From: an uncultured Gemmatimonadales bacterium
GTDB taxonomy: Bacteria; Gemmatimonadota; Gemmatimonadetes; Gemmatimonadales; GWC2-71-9
Assembly: GCA_963716055.1 (NCBI GenBank)
Contig: CAVQSR010000001.1
Location: 11,367-75,366, forward strand
Reading direction: 5' to 3'
DNA length: 64,000 nt
Under the pieces are notes generated by a model. It made no database searches, was not told the DNA's origin, and saw nothing but the letters and a program-made list of their open reading frames with translations. Shown here one piece after another: positions 17,226-28,340 of the stretch. Position 1 is the stretch's first letter, and every line of letters starts with the position of its first letter. Both the position numbers and the translations under genes were made by a program.

Positions 17226-19514
17226 TCAAACCTCGGCGCCCCGGAGCCGCAGTGCGTTGCCCACTACCGATACCGAGCTGAAGCTCATCGCCGCCGCGGC
17301 GATGATGGGGCTCAGCAACAGTCCGAAGAACGGGTAGAGCACGCCGGCCGCGATGGGGACCCCGGCGGCGTTATACGCGAAGGCGAAGAAGAGGTTCTGC
17401 TTGATGTTCGCCATCGTGCGCCGGCTGAGGCGCCGCGCGCGAACGATGCCGCGGAGGTCGCCCTTCACGAGCGTCACGCCCGCGCTCTCCATCGCCACGT
17501 CGGTGCCCGTTCCCATCGCGATGCCGACCTGCGCCTGCGCCAGCGCCGGCGCGTCGTTGATGCCGTCGCCGGCCATTGCCACGATGCGGCCCTCGGCTTG
17601 GAGCCGTTTGACCGCATCGACCTTCTGATCCGGCAGGACTTCGGCCGTCAGCTCGTCGATGCCGAGTCGCCGTGCCACGGCTTCGGCCGTGGTCTTGCTG
17701 TCGCCCGTCAGCATGACTATCCGGATGCCCTCGCGCTGTAGCGCGCCGATGGCGGCCGGCGTGCTGTCTTTGATCGGATCCGCGACCCCGATGAGCCCAG
17801 CGGGCCGGCCGTCAATGGCGACGAACATCACCGTCTGGCCCTCGGCTCGCAGGTGTTCCGCCCGCGACGCGAGGGCGCCCGGATCGACCCCCAGGTCTTC
17901 CATGAGCGCACGATTCCCGAGCGCGACGTCGCGACCGGTCACGCGTCCCCGGACACCCTTCCCGGTCATCGACTCGAAGCTCTCCACGCCGGCGCGCGGC
18001 GCCCCCCGCGCCTCCGCTCCCTGGACGATGGCCGCCGCCAGGGGATGCTCGCTGCCACGCTCGACGCCGGCGACCAGCGCCAGCAGCTCCGTGTCCGCGA
18101 AGCCCGTCCCCGTTTCGACGGTGACGAGCCTCGGCTTGCCCTCCGTCAGGGTTCCCGTCTTGTCGACGACCAGGGTGTCGACTTTCCGGAGCACTTCGAT
18201 GGCCTCGGCGTTCCGGAACAGCACGCCGAGCGTCGCCCCCTTCCCAGTCGCCACCATGATGGACATCGGCGTCGCCAGACCGAGGGCGCAGGGACACGCG
18301 ATGATCAGCACCGCCACGGCGTTGATGAGCGCGTGCGCCAACTTCGGATCGGGTCCCACCAAACCCCAGACCGCGAACGTGGCGGCCGCGATCACCACGA
18401 CAGCCGGCACGAAGTAACCCGCGACCGCATCCGCGAGCTTCTGGATCGGGGCACGGCTGCGCTGCGCCTCCGCCACCATCGCCACGATGCGGGACAGGAG
18501 CGTATCGGCCCCGACCTTCTCGGCTCGCATGACGAGCGAGCCGGTCCCATTGACCGTGGACCCGATGACCCGCTCGCCGGCGTGCTTCGCGACGGGGATG
18601 GGCTCCCCGCTGACCATCGACTCGTCCAGGACGCTTGTGCCTTCCAGGACTACGCCGTCCACCGGCACTTTTTCGCCTGGCCGGACGCGCAGCCGGTCGC
18701 CGACCTGCACGGCGTCGAGCGGCACGTCCGCCTCCGTCCCGTCGGCGGCGATCCGGCGGGCGGTCTTGGGCTGCAACCCCAGCAGCTGCCTGATGGCGGC
18801 GCTGGTCCGGCTGCGGGCACGCAGCTCCAGTACCTGACCGAGGAGAATGAGCGTTACGATGACCCCGGCGGCCTCGAAGTACACCGCGACCTCGCCGGTT
18901 GCGTCGCGGAACGATCCCGGGAACATCCCCGGCAACAGGGCGGCCACGAGGCTATACACGTAGGCCACGCTGACGCCCAGCCCGATCAGCGTGAACATGT
19001 TGAGGCTTCGATTCCTGATCGACTGCACGGCGCGCACGTAGAACGGCCACGCAGCCCACAGGCACACCGGCGTGGCCAGCGACAATTCCGCGATGGTCCG
19101 GGCCCGTTCCGTGAGCAGCTGCGACAGCGGCCAGCCGGGAATCAGGTCCCCCATGGCCAGCAGCACCAACGGGACCGTCAGCACGACAGCGAACCAGAAC
19201 CGCCGGGTCATGTCCATCAACTCGGCGCTCTCCGTCTCTTCCTCCGTCACCGTCTTGGGCTCGAGCGCCATGCCGCAGATCGGGCAGCTGCCCGGACCGT
19301 CGGCGACGATCTCGGGATGCATCGGGCAGACCCAGACGCTGCGCGCCGCCGGTGCGAGGGCGGCGATCGGGTCCAACGCCATCCCGCACCGGGGACAGTT
19401 TCCGGCCGTCGCCTGGCGAACATCGGGATGCATGGGGCACGTGAACTCGGTCGCGAGTCGCCCCGAGGTCCCGTGGCCGCCGTCAGGCAGTGAGTCGTGG
19501 TCGTGCTGCCGCAT
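17226..19514 (-). CDS. copA: Copper/silver-translocating P1B-type ATPase
   Basis: Two CPMHP..CPxCGM domains, [23 protein letters not shown] and MSFSS Cu(I) motifs. Confidence 0.95.
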   Translation of the reverse strand: MRQHDHDSLPDGGHGTSGRLATEFTCPMHPDVRQATAGNCPRCGMALDPIAALAPAARSVWVCPMHPEIVADGPGSCPICGMALEPKTVTEEETESAELMDMTRRFWFAVVLTVPLVLLAMGDLIPGWPLSQLLTERARTIAELSLATPVCLWAAWPFYVRAVQSIRNRSLNMFTLIGLGVSVAYVYSLVAALLPGMFPGSFRDATGEVAVYFEAAGVIVTLILLGQVLELRARSRTSAAIRQLLGLQPKTARRIAADGTEADVPLDAVQVGDRLRVRPGEKVPVDGVVLEGTSVLDESMVSGEPIPVAKHAGERVIGSTVNGTGSLVMRAEKVGADTLLSRIVAMVAEAQRSRAPIQKLADAVAGYFVPAVVVIAAATFAVWGLVGPDPKLAHALINAVAVLIIACPCALGLATPMSIMVATGKGATLGVLFRNAEAIEVLRKVDTLVVDKTGTLTEGKPRLVTVETGTGFADTELLALVAGVERGSEHPLAAAIVQGAEARGAPRAGVESFESMTGKGVRGRVTGRDVALGNRALMEDLGVDPGALASRAEHLRAEGQTVMFVAIDGRPAGLIGVADPIKDSTPAAIGALQREGIRIVMLTGDSKTTAEAVARRLGIDELTAEVLPDQKVDAVKRLQAEGRIVAMAGDGINDAPALAQAQVGIAMGTGTDVAMESAGVTLVKGDLRGIVRARRLSRRTMANIKQNLFFAFAYNAAGVPIAAGVLYPFFGLLLSPIIAAAAMSFSSVSVVGNALRLRGAEV

Positions 19515-19573
19515 GCTGTGGTCTCCTCCGTGTCACGCGACAGGACTCCGCCGCCCCGGCGCGGACGCCATCG

Positions 19574-19927
19574 TCAGCCCAGCGCCGCGAGGCCGGTGGC
19601 ACCCGTGCGAATCTTGGTGACGCCGGCCACCGAGTGCACCGACACGATGCCGTCGCCGCGTCGGCCGGTGCGGGCCGAGCCGGCGATCACTTCGGTGAAC
19701 ATCTCACACCGTTCCCCCGCGCAGATGAACTGCACCAGAGCCTTGTCCGCGTACTCCGATCCCTCGTCCAGCGACAGCCTGGCGCTCGCCGGGTCCACGC
19801 CGGCCCCGATGGCGTGCACCCGCGTCACCGTCAGGCGTGGGACGCCGGATTGCTTCAGGGCGCGCACCACGCGGTCCAGCATTTCGGTCCGCACGATGGC
19901 CCGCACCTCCACCATGGCCGTGCTCAT
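19574..19927 (-). CDS. PII-family signal transduction protein
   Basis: VRAIVR, RTGRRGDGIVSV, KIRTG; ATGA-coupled to cusA. Confidence 0.85.
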   Translation of the reverse strand: MSTAMVEVRAIVRTEMLDRVVRALKQSGVPRLTVTRVHAIGAGVDPASARLSLDEGSEYADKALVQFICAGERCEMFTEVIAGSARTGRRGDGIVSVHSVAGVTKIRTGATGLAALG

Positions 19928-22900
19928 GTCCCCACCCCCTTCTCAGCCGGCGCGAGGGCCATGCGGTCCCGCAGCGCCTCGGCCAGCGGTGCCCCGGGCC
20001 AGCGGGCGACCTGCCCCCGCCGCCACAAGAGATAGATCGACGGAATCACGACCAGCGTGAGCACGGTGGACGTGACCATGCCGCCGACCATCGGCGCCGC
20101 GATCCGCTTCATCACGTCCGCACCGGTGCCGTGGCTCCACAGGATCGGCGCGAGGCCCGCGATGATGGCGATCACCGTCATCATCTTGGGCCGCAAGCGC
20201 TCGACCGCGCCCTCGCGCACGGCATCCGCCACGTCCGTGGCATTCCGCATCCGCCCGTCGAGGCTGCGGCGATGGAACGCTTCGTCCAGGTAGATCAGCA
20301 TCACCACGCCGGTCTCCGCTGCCACGCCGGCGAGCGCGATGAAGCCGACCCACACCGCGACGCTCGTGTTGTAACCGGCGAGCCAGAGGTACCACACCCC
20401 GCCCACCAGCGCGAACGGCACCGACAGCATGACGATCAGCGACTCGGGCACGCCGCGGAAGTTGAGATACAGCAGCAGGAAGATGATCCCCAGCGTCACG
20501 GGCACGCACAACCCGGAGCTTCTCCTTCACCCGCTGCATGAACTCGTACTGCCCGCTCCACACCAAGCGTGTAGCCCGTCGGCAGCGTCAGCTGCTCCGC
20601 CACCACCCGCTGCGCCTCGGCGACGTAGCCGCCGACGTCGCGGCCCTCGATGTCCACGAAGACCGTGGTACGGGGAACGCGTTCTCGGTCTTGACCGCCA
20701 TCGGCCCCTGCACGCACCTCGACCCGCGCCACCTGCCCCAGGGGAATCTGCGCGCCCGTCATGGTGGGAATGAGCACTTCGCGCAGCTTGCGAACGTCGT
20801 CGCGCAGCTCGCGCGGATAGCGCACGTTCACGGCGTACCGCTCCCGGCCCTCCACCGTGATGGCCGCGTCGATCCCGCCGACCGTGGCCATGATGGCGTC
20901 GTGGATGTCGCCGACGTTGAGGCCGTACCGGGCGGCTTCCGCGCGGTCGATGTCGATGTCCACGTAGTAGCCGGACACGCCGCGCTCGGCGAAGGCGCTG
21001 CGGGTGCCCGGGAGCGCCTGCACGATGCGCTCCACGCGCTCGCCCAGCGCCTGCAGCGTGTCGAGGTTGGGCCCGAAGATCTTGATGCCGACCGCGGTGC
21101 GGACTCCCGTGGCGAGCATGTCGATGCGGCCCTTGATCGGCATGGTCCAGGCGTTGGTGACGCCGGGCATCCGGATCGCGCGGTCCATCTCGGCGACGAG
21201 GCGCGTCGTAGGTCATGCCGGGCCGCCACTCCGTCTCCGGCTTGAGCGTGATCGTGGTCTCGTACATGTCGAGCGGCGCCGGGTCGGTCGCCGTGTTGGC
21301 GCGGCCCACCTTCCCGAGCACCCGCTCGACCTCGGGAAACGAGGCGAGGACGCTGTCCTGGTACCGCATGATCTCGCGCGCCTGCGCGATCGACGACGCC
21401 GGGGACGGTGGTGGGCATGAACAGGATCGAGCCCTCGTGCAGCGGCGGCATGAACTCGCTGCCCAGCCGCCGCCACGGCAGCACGGTCACCGCGAGCACG
21501 ACGGCCGCGCCCGCGATCACGTGCCACGGCCGCCGCAGCGCGAACCGGATGACGGGGCGCGTAGACGCCGCTGGAGCCAGCGGTTGATCGGGTTGTCGCG
21601 CTCGGGCCGGATCTTCCCGCGAATCAGATAACCCATCAGGACCGGGACGAGCGTGATCGAGAGCAGCGCCGAGCCCGCCATGGCGAACGTCTTGGTGAAC
21701 GCCAGCGGCTTGAACAGCCGGCCCTCCTGCTGCTCCAGCGCGAACACCGGCAGGAAGCTGAACGTGATGATCAGCAGCGAGAAGAACAGCGGCGGGCCGA
21801 CCTGCTTCGCGCTCTCCAGCACGATCTCCCAGCGCGAAGTCGTCGCGTCCCCGGCCCGTTCCAGGTGCTTGTGCATGTTCTCGATCATCACGATCGCGGC
21901 ATCCACCATGGCACCGATCGCGATGGCGATGCCGCCGAGGCTCATGATGTTGGCGTTGACGCCGATCAACCGCATCACGATGAACGAGATGAGGATGCCG
22001 AGCGGCAGCGTGACGATCGCCACGAGCGCCGACCGGAAGTGGAGCAGGAAGATGACCGCCACGGCCGCGACGATCAGCGACTCCTCGATCAGCTTGTCGC
22101 GCAGCGTGGCGATGGCCCGGTGGATCAGGTCGCTGCGGTCGTAGGCCGTGCGCAGCCGCACGCCGGCGGGCAGCCCCGCCTGGATCTCCTCCAGCCGCGT
22201 CTTGACCGCTTCGATCGTCTGGAGCGCATCGGACCCGAAGCGCATGACGACGATGCCGGCCACCACCTCGCCCTTGCCGTCGAGGTCGGCGGCGCCGCGG
22301 CGGGGCGCGGGGCCCGACCTGCACCGTCGCGACGTCGGCGACGCGGATCGGGGTCCCGTTCGCCGTGACCCCACCGTGACGTTCTCGATGTCCGCGACGC
22401 CATCCAGGTAGCCGAGCCCGCGGATCATGTACTCGCGGCCGCCCATCTCGAGGACGCGGGCGCCGATGTCCACGTTGTGCATCCCGATCGCCTGGGCGAC
22501 GCGGGTCACCGGAATGTTGAACGCCCGGAGCCGTTCCGGGTTCACCTCCACCTGGTACTGCTTCACGAAGCCGCCGAGGCTCGCGACCTCCGACACGCCG
22601 GGCACGGCGGTGAGCTGGTAGCGGATGTACCAGTCCTGCAGCGTGCGCAGCTGGGCCAGATCGAGGCTGTCGGACTCGAGCACGTACTCGAACACCCAGC
22701 CCACGCCGGTGGCGTCCGGGCCCAGGGTCGGCTCCACGCCGCGCGGCAGCCGCCGGCGAATGCCGTTCAGGTACTCGAGCACCCGCGAGCGCGCCCAGTA
22801 GATGTCGGTGCCGTCCTCGAAGATGACGTAGACGAGGCTGAGGCCGAAGAACGAGAAGCCGCGCACCACGCGCGCGCCCGGCACCTTGAGCATCTCCGTC

Positions 22901-23110
22901 GTAATCGGGATAGGTGATCTGGTCTTCGACGATCTGCGGCGCCTGCTCCGAGAAGTCCGTCTGGACGATCACCTGCACGTCGGACAGGTCGGGGATGGCG
23001 TCGAGCGGCGTGGTTCGCATGGCCCAGACGCCCGCCCCGATCAGGGCGGCCGTGCCCAGCAGGACGAGGAACCGGTTGCGGAGCGACCAGGCGATGATGC
23101 GGCTAATCAT
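19924..23110 (-). pseudogene. cusA: CusA/CzcA heavy-metal RND permease with about ten frameshifts (probably assembly errors)
   Basis: [74 protein letters not shown] spread over shifting frames. Confidence 0.9.
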
Positions 23111-24345
23111 GGCGCTGCTGCTCCGGCGACGTGTCGCGCGGCGTCGGGGCTCCGGTGCCGCCGTGCTGCATGCCGGGCATGCCGCCGCCCGTGCTCCCGA
23201 GCCGCGATTCCGCGTCCACCAGGAAGTTGGCGGCGCCCACGATCGTCTCGCCCTCGGCGAGCCCGGCGAGTACCGGAACGCGGTCGCCCGCGCGGGCGCC
23301 GAGCACCACGTCGCGGGGCGTGCAGCATGCCCTCGGCGTCGCGCACGAACACTACGTTGCGCTCGCCGGTCACGACCACCGCCTCGGTCGGAACCACCAG
23401 GAGATCGCGCCCGACGATCGCATCGAAGTAGATCGTGGCGAACATGCCCGGCTTGAGCCGCCGGTCCCGATTGGGCACGGTGACGCGCACGCGGTTGGTG
23501 CGACTCACGACGTCCACCGTGGGGTAGACGAAGCTCACCCGCCCCATCACGTGTTCGCCGGGGTACGCAGCCACCTCGATGTGCGCCTGGCCGCCCTCGC
23601 GTACCAGCCGCAGGTCCTGCTCGAACACCTCGCCCTCGACCCACACTTCGGACAGATCCGCGATGCGATACAGCCGCTCGCCGGGCATCACGCGCTGCCC
23701 CTCGAGCACCGCCTTCTCGAGCACGATGCCGTGCACGGGCGACACGAGGGTCAGCGTCTTGGTCACCTGGCCGGTGCGCTCGAGCGTCGCGATCTGGTCC
23801 TCGGTGATGTCCCAGTAGGCGAGCCGGCGGCGGGCCGCCTCGAGCGTGGCCTGCGCGCCCCGCCACGCTTCCGCCGCCGTGGAGTCCACGCGGGCCGCGA
23901 GGCGCCGCGCGGTCAGGAACTCCTCCTGCGCGGCAACCAGCATCGGGCTGTAGATCGCGAGCATCGGCTGACCGCGCCGCACGGACTCGCCCGTGGTGTT
24001 GACGAACAGCCGCTCGACGAAGCCTTCGATCTTCGTGGTCACGTCGGCGAGGCGGGACTCGGCGGGCATGATCTGCCCCACCGTGCGCACTTCCTTGGTG
24101 AGCGTAGCGCGCCGCACGGTGGTGTACATGACGCCCAGGGCGCGCTCCTGCGCCGCGGTGAGGTGGACGGGTTGGCGCAGCGCCTGCCCCGCCGTGTCCA
24201 CCGCTCCCTGTCCGCCGCCGGCCTGCATGCGGGCGTGCTCCTCGGCCGTCATGCCCATCGCGGCCGCGTCCTCCTGCGCCCCCTCGCCGCCGCACGCCGC
24301 GACGAGCGCGACGACGATCCCCGCCATCGCCCAGCGCGCGGTCAT
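23103..24345 (-). CDS. cusB: CusB-type RND periplasmic adaptor (lipoprotein), one frameshift near 23320
   Basis: LVAAC lipobox, [32 protein letters not shown]; tail [10 protein letters not shown] in another frame. Confidence 0.88.
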
Positions 24346-25595
24346 GGCGCACCTCCCGCTCCGCCGATCAGCGCCTCGATCGCGGCGGTGGCCTGCTGAT
24401 AGGCCGCCGCCAGGCGCACCAGCTCGATTTCGTAGCGATTCACGGTCATCTCGCTTTCGACCAGCGTCATGTAGTTCACCCGTCCCACGCGGTAGGCCGA
24501 CAGTGCCGCCTCGACTGCGGCGCGCGCCTGGGGCAGGATGGAGGTGTCGTACAGCAGGCTCAGGCTGCGCGCGCGCTCGGCGTCGGCGCGCCTCTCGGTC
24601 AACTCGGCGTAGGTTTCGTTGTAGAGGTCGCGGGCCATCGCGGCGTCGCTCGCGCGCATCGCCGCCATCTCGCGCCGCATGGGGAGCTGACGGGAACCGG
24701 CCCACAGAGGAACGCTGACGCCCAGCATCACGGTCGCCATGTCGTCGAACTGCGGCCGCTGGCCGTACGCGACGCCGACCATGAAGTCGGGGTACAGCGC
24801 GCGCCGCGCCGCGCGGTAGCCGGCCTCGGCGGCCCGGACCCGCTCGTGCGCGGCCTGCAGCGCGGGGCGCCGCACGGCCGCCCGGGCCATCAGCGAGTCC
24901 ACGCCGGGCAGCTCGGGACCGGGGGCGGCGAGCTCGAGCGCGCCGATCGGGGCCCGTGCCTCACGCCCCATGAGGGCGTTGAGGCGGGCCGCCAGCGCGA
25001 CGCGCTCCTGCTCCATGACGACGATGTCTTCGGTCATCCGCGCGACGGCGACCTGGGCCTGGAGCACGTCCTGCTGGAGGCCCTCACCCACCGCGTACAT
25101 CGTCTGCGACACCTGGAAGAAATCGCGGAGCAGTCCGCGGGTCCGATCCATGATGGCGAGGGCGCGATCGATGGCGGCGAGCCCGGCGTAGACGGACTTC
25201 ACACGGCTGGCGAGCCGGACCTCCACGTCCGCCGCGTCGAGCGCCTCCGCCCGCGCCAGGTGCTCGGCGCGGCGGTGCGCCAAGCCGAGCTTCCCCGGCC
25301 ACGGCAGCATCTGCGTCAGCCGCACCTCGTTCATGGTCATCGGCTCATCCGTGCCGAAGCCGCTGACGGGACGGTTCATGAGCGCGAATCCCAGCTGCGG
25401 ATCCGGCAGTGCGCCGGCCTGAGGAGCGCGCTGGGCGGCGGCGTCGGCGCGGAGGCGCGCCGCGTGCAGCAGCGGACTCGAATCGCGCGCCATGCGCAGC
25501 GCCGTCTCGAGCCGCAGCGAGTCGGCCGCGGCCTGGGCGGCCGCGCCCGCCGGAAACGCGAGCACGACCGCCAGGGTGACGAGGACGCGCGTCAC
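24342..25595 (-). CDS. TolC/CusC-family outer-membrane efflux protein
   Basis: Signal peptide, LPDPQL, LPWPGKL, Met-rich OEP repeats; GTG overlaps the upstream stop. Confidence 0.88.
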   Translation of the reverse strand: MTRVLVTLAVVLAFPAGAAAQAAADSLRLETALRMARDSSPLLHAARLRADAAAQRAPQAGALPDPQLGFALMNRPVSGFGTDEPMTMNEVRLTQMLPWPGKLGLAHRRAEHLARAEALDAADVEVRLASRVKSVYAGLAAIDRALAIMDRTRGLLRDFFQVSQTMYAVGEGLQQDVLQAQVAVARMTEDIVVMEQERVALAARLNALMGREARAPIGALELAAPGPELPGVDSLMARAAVRRPALQAAHERVRAAEAGYRAARRALYPDFMVGVAYGQRPQFDDMATVMLGVSVPLWAGSRQLPMRREMAAMRASDAAMARDLYNETYAELTERRADAERARSLSLLYDTSILPQARAAVEAALSAYRVGRVNYMTLVESEMTVNRYEIELVRLAAAYQQATAAIEALIGGAGGAP

Positions 25596-25846
25596 GCGCC
25601 GCTCGCGGGTCGGGCGAGCCGGTTGTAGACGGCGGCCACTACCGCCCCGGTGAGGCCGGAGAACACGGCCACCTCGACGATTCCCACGATCCAGCCGCCC
25701 ACGCTGGGGCCCGAGCCGACCAGCAGATCCATCCACGGATCGGGCCGGCCGAGCAGTGCGTAGGACGCGAAGCAGAGCGCCGTCAGGAGAGCGCCCGCGA
25801 TCGCCCCCGCCAGCGCGAAGGCGCGAGTGTGCAACGTCGTGATCAT
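25592..25846 (-). CDS. Small two-TM membrane protein (DUF5676-like)
   Basis: Two hydrophobic helices, ends AAVYNRL; GGAGG SD upstream. Confidence 0.7.
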   Translation of the reverse strand: MITTLHTRAFALAGAIAGALLTALCFASYALLGRPDPWMDLLVGSGPSVGGWIVGIVEVAVFSGLTGAVVAAVYNRLARPASGA

Positions 25847-25952
25847 CTGATCCTCCCGTTGTGCCCGTCCGCGCGGGACGGGAACGAACGCCACAGTCAG
25901 GATCCGGACCGTTCCGGACCCTGTCGGGTCGCCGTCAGGCGACGGGGATCAG
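25847..25952 (-). promoter_or_regulatory. Putative SD-sequestering RNA structure between the leader ORF and the first operon gene
   Basis: mRNA CUGAUCCCCGU (leader stop) is complementary to ACGGGAGGAUCAG (SD); internal hairpins CCCGUCC/GGACGGG and UCCGGA/UCCGGA. Confidence 0.55.
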
Positions 25953-26278
25953 GAGTTGGGAGGCGGAGTGGGCGGGCCGGTGGGCGGCAGGCCGCTCAGC
26001 CGGTCGCTGCCCTGCGGCAGCACGGCACGATCGGCGACGGCGATGTCGTCGGTGCCTGGAACGACCGCCACTGCGGCGGTCTGCGCGAGGCAGCCGCCGG
26101 TGGCACACGGCGCCGCGGTCGCCGGGTGACAGGCATGGTCCGCACCGGCGGTCACCGCCACTTCGTGGCCCGCGTGACAATGCCGGTCCGCCGGCGCGGC
26201 CACGGCCGGCCCGAGCGCCGCCGTCGTGGCGACGAGCGTCACTACCGCGACGAACTGGCGGAGCACTGCGCGGGTCAT
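25949..26278 (-). CDS. CopL/DUF2946/CutF-like Cys/His-rich exported leader protein with Pro-rich C-terminus
   Basis: Signal peptide, HCHAGH, HACH, CATGGC, ends LPPTGPPTPPPNS; first gene of the copper cluster. Confidence 0.7.
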   Translation of the reverse strand: MTRAVLRQFVAVVTLVATTAALGPAVAAPADRHCHAGHEVAVTAGADHACHPATAAPCATGGCLAQTAAVAVVPGTDDIAVADRAVLPQGSDRLSGLPPTGPPTPPPNS

Positions 26279-26284
26279 GCTTCT

Positions 26285-26313
26285 AGCCTAGTCGCGGGCT
26301 GGCCGCCGCGCAA
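26285..26313 (-). promoter_or_regulatory. Sigma70 promoter for the copper cluster, likely leaderless
   Basis: TTGCGC-N17-TAGGCT, then 6 nt to ATG 26278. Confidence 0.6.
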
Positions 26314-26374
26314 CCGGGGTGACCGCTCTCTCATTGTGGTTTCACGCGCCGTTCACGAGCCGGCGACGACTCCG

Positions 26375-26830
26375 TCAGAACCGCCAGATCGTGCTCGCCG
26401 CGAGCGACAGAATCGCGAACCCACCGGAGATGGTCGCGGTCCAGATCAGCCTCTTGCGCAGCGCGGCGAACCGCTCCGGCAGCTCGCCGCGCGGATCGAG
26501 CTGCAACGCTCCGAGCCGCGCCGCCGCGGGCACGGCGAGGCCGACGGCCGCGAGCGCGCCGAGCAGCCCGAGGCCCATCATCGCGTTGAGCCAGCCCGGC
26601 GCCGCGCCCGACTTCATCCACTGCATCGCCAGCACCAGCCCTGAAACGAGCGTCGCCACCGCGCCGGGCCCGATCACGATGCGCCACACGACGCCCGTCA
26701 CCCGATAGACGCTGAGCCGGTCGGCGGGCGCGAAGTGCTTGGCGGTGACGCCCGCCACCATGGTCGCGATCCCCGCGCCGAGCCAGAGGGTGTACCCGAG
26801 ATTGTGGACGAAGAGCCAAAAGCCGCGCAT
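26375..26830 (-). CDS. Four-TM membrane protein (DUF2269-like)
   Basis: FVHNLGYTLWLG, four hydrophobic segments. Confidence 0.7.
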   Translation of the reverse strand: MRGFWLFVHNLGYTLWLGAGIATMVAGVTAKHFAPADRLSVYRVTGVVWRIVIGPGAVATLVSGLVLAMQWMKSGAAPGWLNAMMGLGLLGALAAVGLAVPAAARLGALQLDPRGELPERFAALRKRLIWTATISGGFAILSLAASTIWRF

Positions 26831-26866
26831 GTGAGCTCCGAAGTTCAGTGCGTTGTGCGTTGGGGT

Positions 26867-27268
26867 TCAGGCGGCTGGGACGGGTTGGCGACCGGAATAC
26901 CCCGTGTCCAGCTCATGCCAGTGCCGGATCGCGTCCTCGCCCTGCTTCCAACACCAGAACACATCGCGGCCGTCGAGCTGGCCGTAGAAATCCACGAGCC
27001 CCTGCTCGAAGCCCTTGAAGACACAACCGACCTGGTCGAGCTCCCCCAGGAAATCGTTGATCTCGCGCGCAACCTGCTCGATCTGGTCGCGCAGCGCCAC
27101 CTGCTCCTCCGACTCGCCATGGTCCGGATGGGACTGTGCCGCGATGAGCTCGTAGCGGTACACCAGGTCGCGCCACCGGGGGTAGCGACCCGTGATGTCC
27201 GCCACGATGCGCTGCACCAGCGGCAGCGTGCGGTTCGCCTGGGCGAGCGTGAAGTACTTGTGGGACAT
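26867..27268 (-). CDS. DUF2203 domain protein
   Basis: FTLAQANRTLP, KGFEQGLVDF, CWKQGE...WHELDTGYSGRQP. Confidence 0.9.
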   Translation of the reverse strand: MSHKYFTLAQANRTLPLVQRIVADITGRYPRWRDLVYRYELIAAQSHPDHGESEEQVALRDQIEQVAREINDFLGELDQVGCVFKGFEQGLVDFYGQLDGRDVFWCWKQGEDAIRHWHELDTGYSGRQPVPAA

Positions 27269-27294
27269 GGCGCCTGGTGAGGTATTCTAACGCC

Positions 27295-28335
27295 ATGCGT
27301 GCCGCTCTGTACCAGGCGTTCCGCGCCCCGCTGGCCATCACCCGGGTCTCCGACCCCGAGCCCCCGGCGGACGGGGTGGTGATCCGCGTGGCGGCCGCCG
27401 GGCTGTGTCGCAGCGACTGGCACGGCTGGCAGGGCCACGATCCGGACATCCGGCCGCCGCACGTGCCGGGACACGAGTTCGCGGGCACGGTCACCGCCAC
27501 GGGCGCGGCGGTGACCGGGTGGCGGGCGGGCGACCGCGTGACGGCACCGTTCTGCCTCGGCTGCGGCACGTGCGCGCAGTGCCGCGCCGGCCAGCAGCAG
27601 ATCTGCGACCGCTACTATCAGCCCGGCTTCACGGGCTGGGGCGCCTTCGCCGAGTACGTCGCGCTGCCCCACGCCGACGCCAATCTCGTGGCACTCGGGC
27701 CCGAGACGAGCTTCGTCGCGGCCGCTACGCTCGGCTGCCGCTTCGCCACCGCGTTCCGCGCCGTCGTGATCCAGGGTCGCGCGCGGCCCGGCGAGTGGGT
27801 GGCGGTACACGGGTGCGGCGGGGTCGGCCTGTCCGCCGTGATGATCGCTCACGCGATCGGCGCGCGTGCGGTGGCGGTGGACATCCGGGCCGCGCCCCTC
27901 GCCCTGGCGCGCGAGCTGGGCGCCGCGGCACTGGTCCAGGCGGGCGAAGGGGACGACGTGGCCGGCCGGATCCGCGACATCACGGGCGGCGGCGCGCACG
28001 TCTCGCTCGACGCCCTGGGCAGCACCGCCACCTGCCTCAGCTCGATCGCGTGCCTGCGCAAGCAGGGGCGGCACGTGCAGGTGGGGCTGATGACCGGCGC
28101 GGACGCCCGTCCCGCGATCCCCCTGTCACCCGTCATCGCGCAGGAGCTCGAGATCCTCGGCAGCCACGGGCTGCAAGCGCACCGCTATCCCGCGATGCTG
28201 GCACTGATCGCCTCGGGGCAGCTGCGGCCCGAGCGGTTGGTGACGAAGCGGATCGCGCTGGACGATGTGGTGACGGAGCTGCCGCGGATGGGAGACTTCC
28301 CCGCTGCCGGAGTGACGGTGATCGAGCGGTTCTGA
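27295..28335 (+). CDS. Zinc-dependent alcohol dehydrogenase
   Basis: CRSD, GHE, CGTCAQC...C, GCGGVG. Confidence 0.92.
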   Translation: MRAALYQAFRAPLAITRVSDPEPPADGVVIRVAAAGLCRSDWHGWQGHDPDIRPPHVPGHEFAGTVTATGAAVTGWRAGDRVTAPFCLGCGTCAQCRAGQQQICDRYYQPGFTGWGAFAEYVALPHADANLVALGPETSFVAAATLGCRFATAFRAVVIQGRARPGEWVAVHGCGGVGLSAVMIAHAIGARAVAVDIRAAPLALARELGAAALVQAGEGDDVAGRIRDITGGGAHVSLDALGSTATCLSSIACLRKQGRHVQVGLMTGADARPAIPLSPVIAQELEILGSHGLQAHRYPAMLALIASGQLRPERLVTKRIALDDVVTELPRMGDFPAAGVTVIERF

Positions 28336-28340
28336 GCGCG

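Noticed and set aside
20500-23330. Programmed frameshifting in cusA/cusB
   Set aside because: Too many sites, no slippery heptamers, and several compensating pairs.
20828-24352. 1174-aa ORF as a novel giant protein
   Set aside because: It is a chimera of off-frame sequence and short true CusA segments created by frameshifts.
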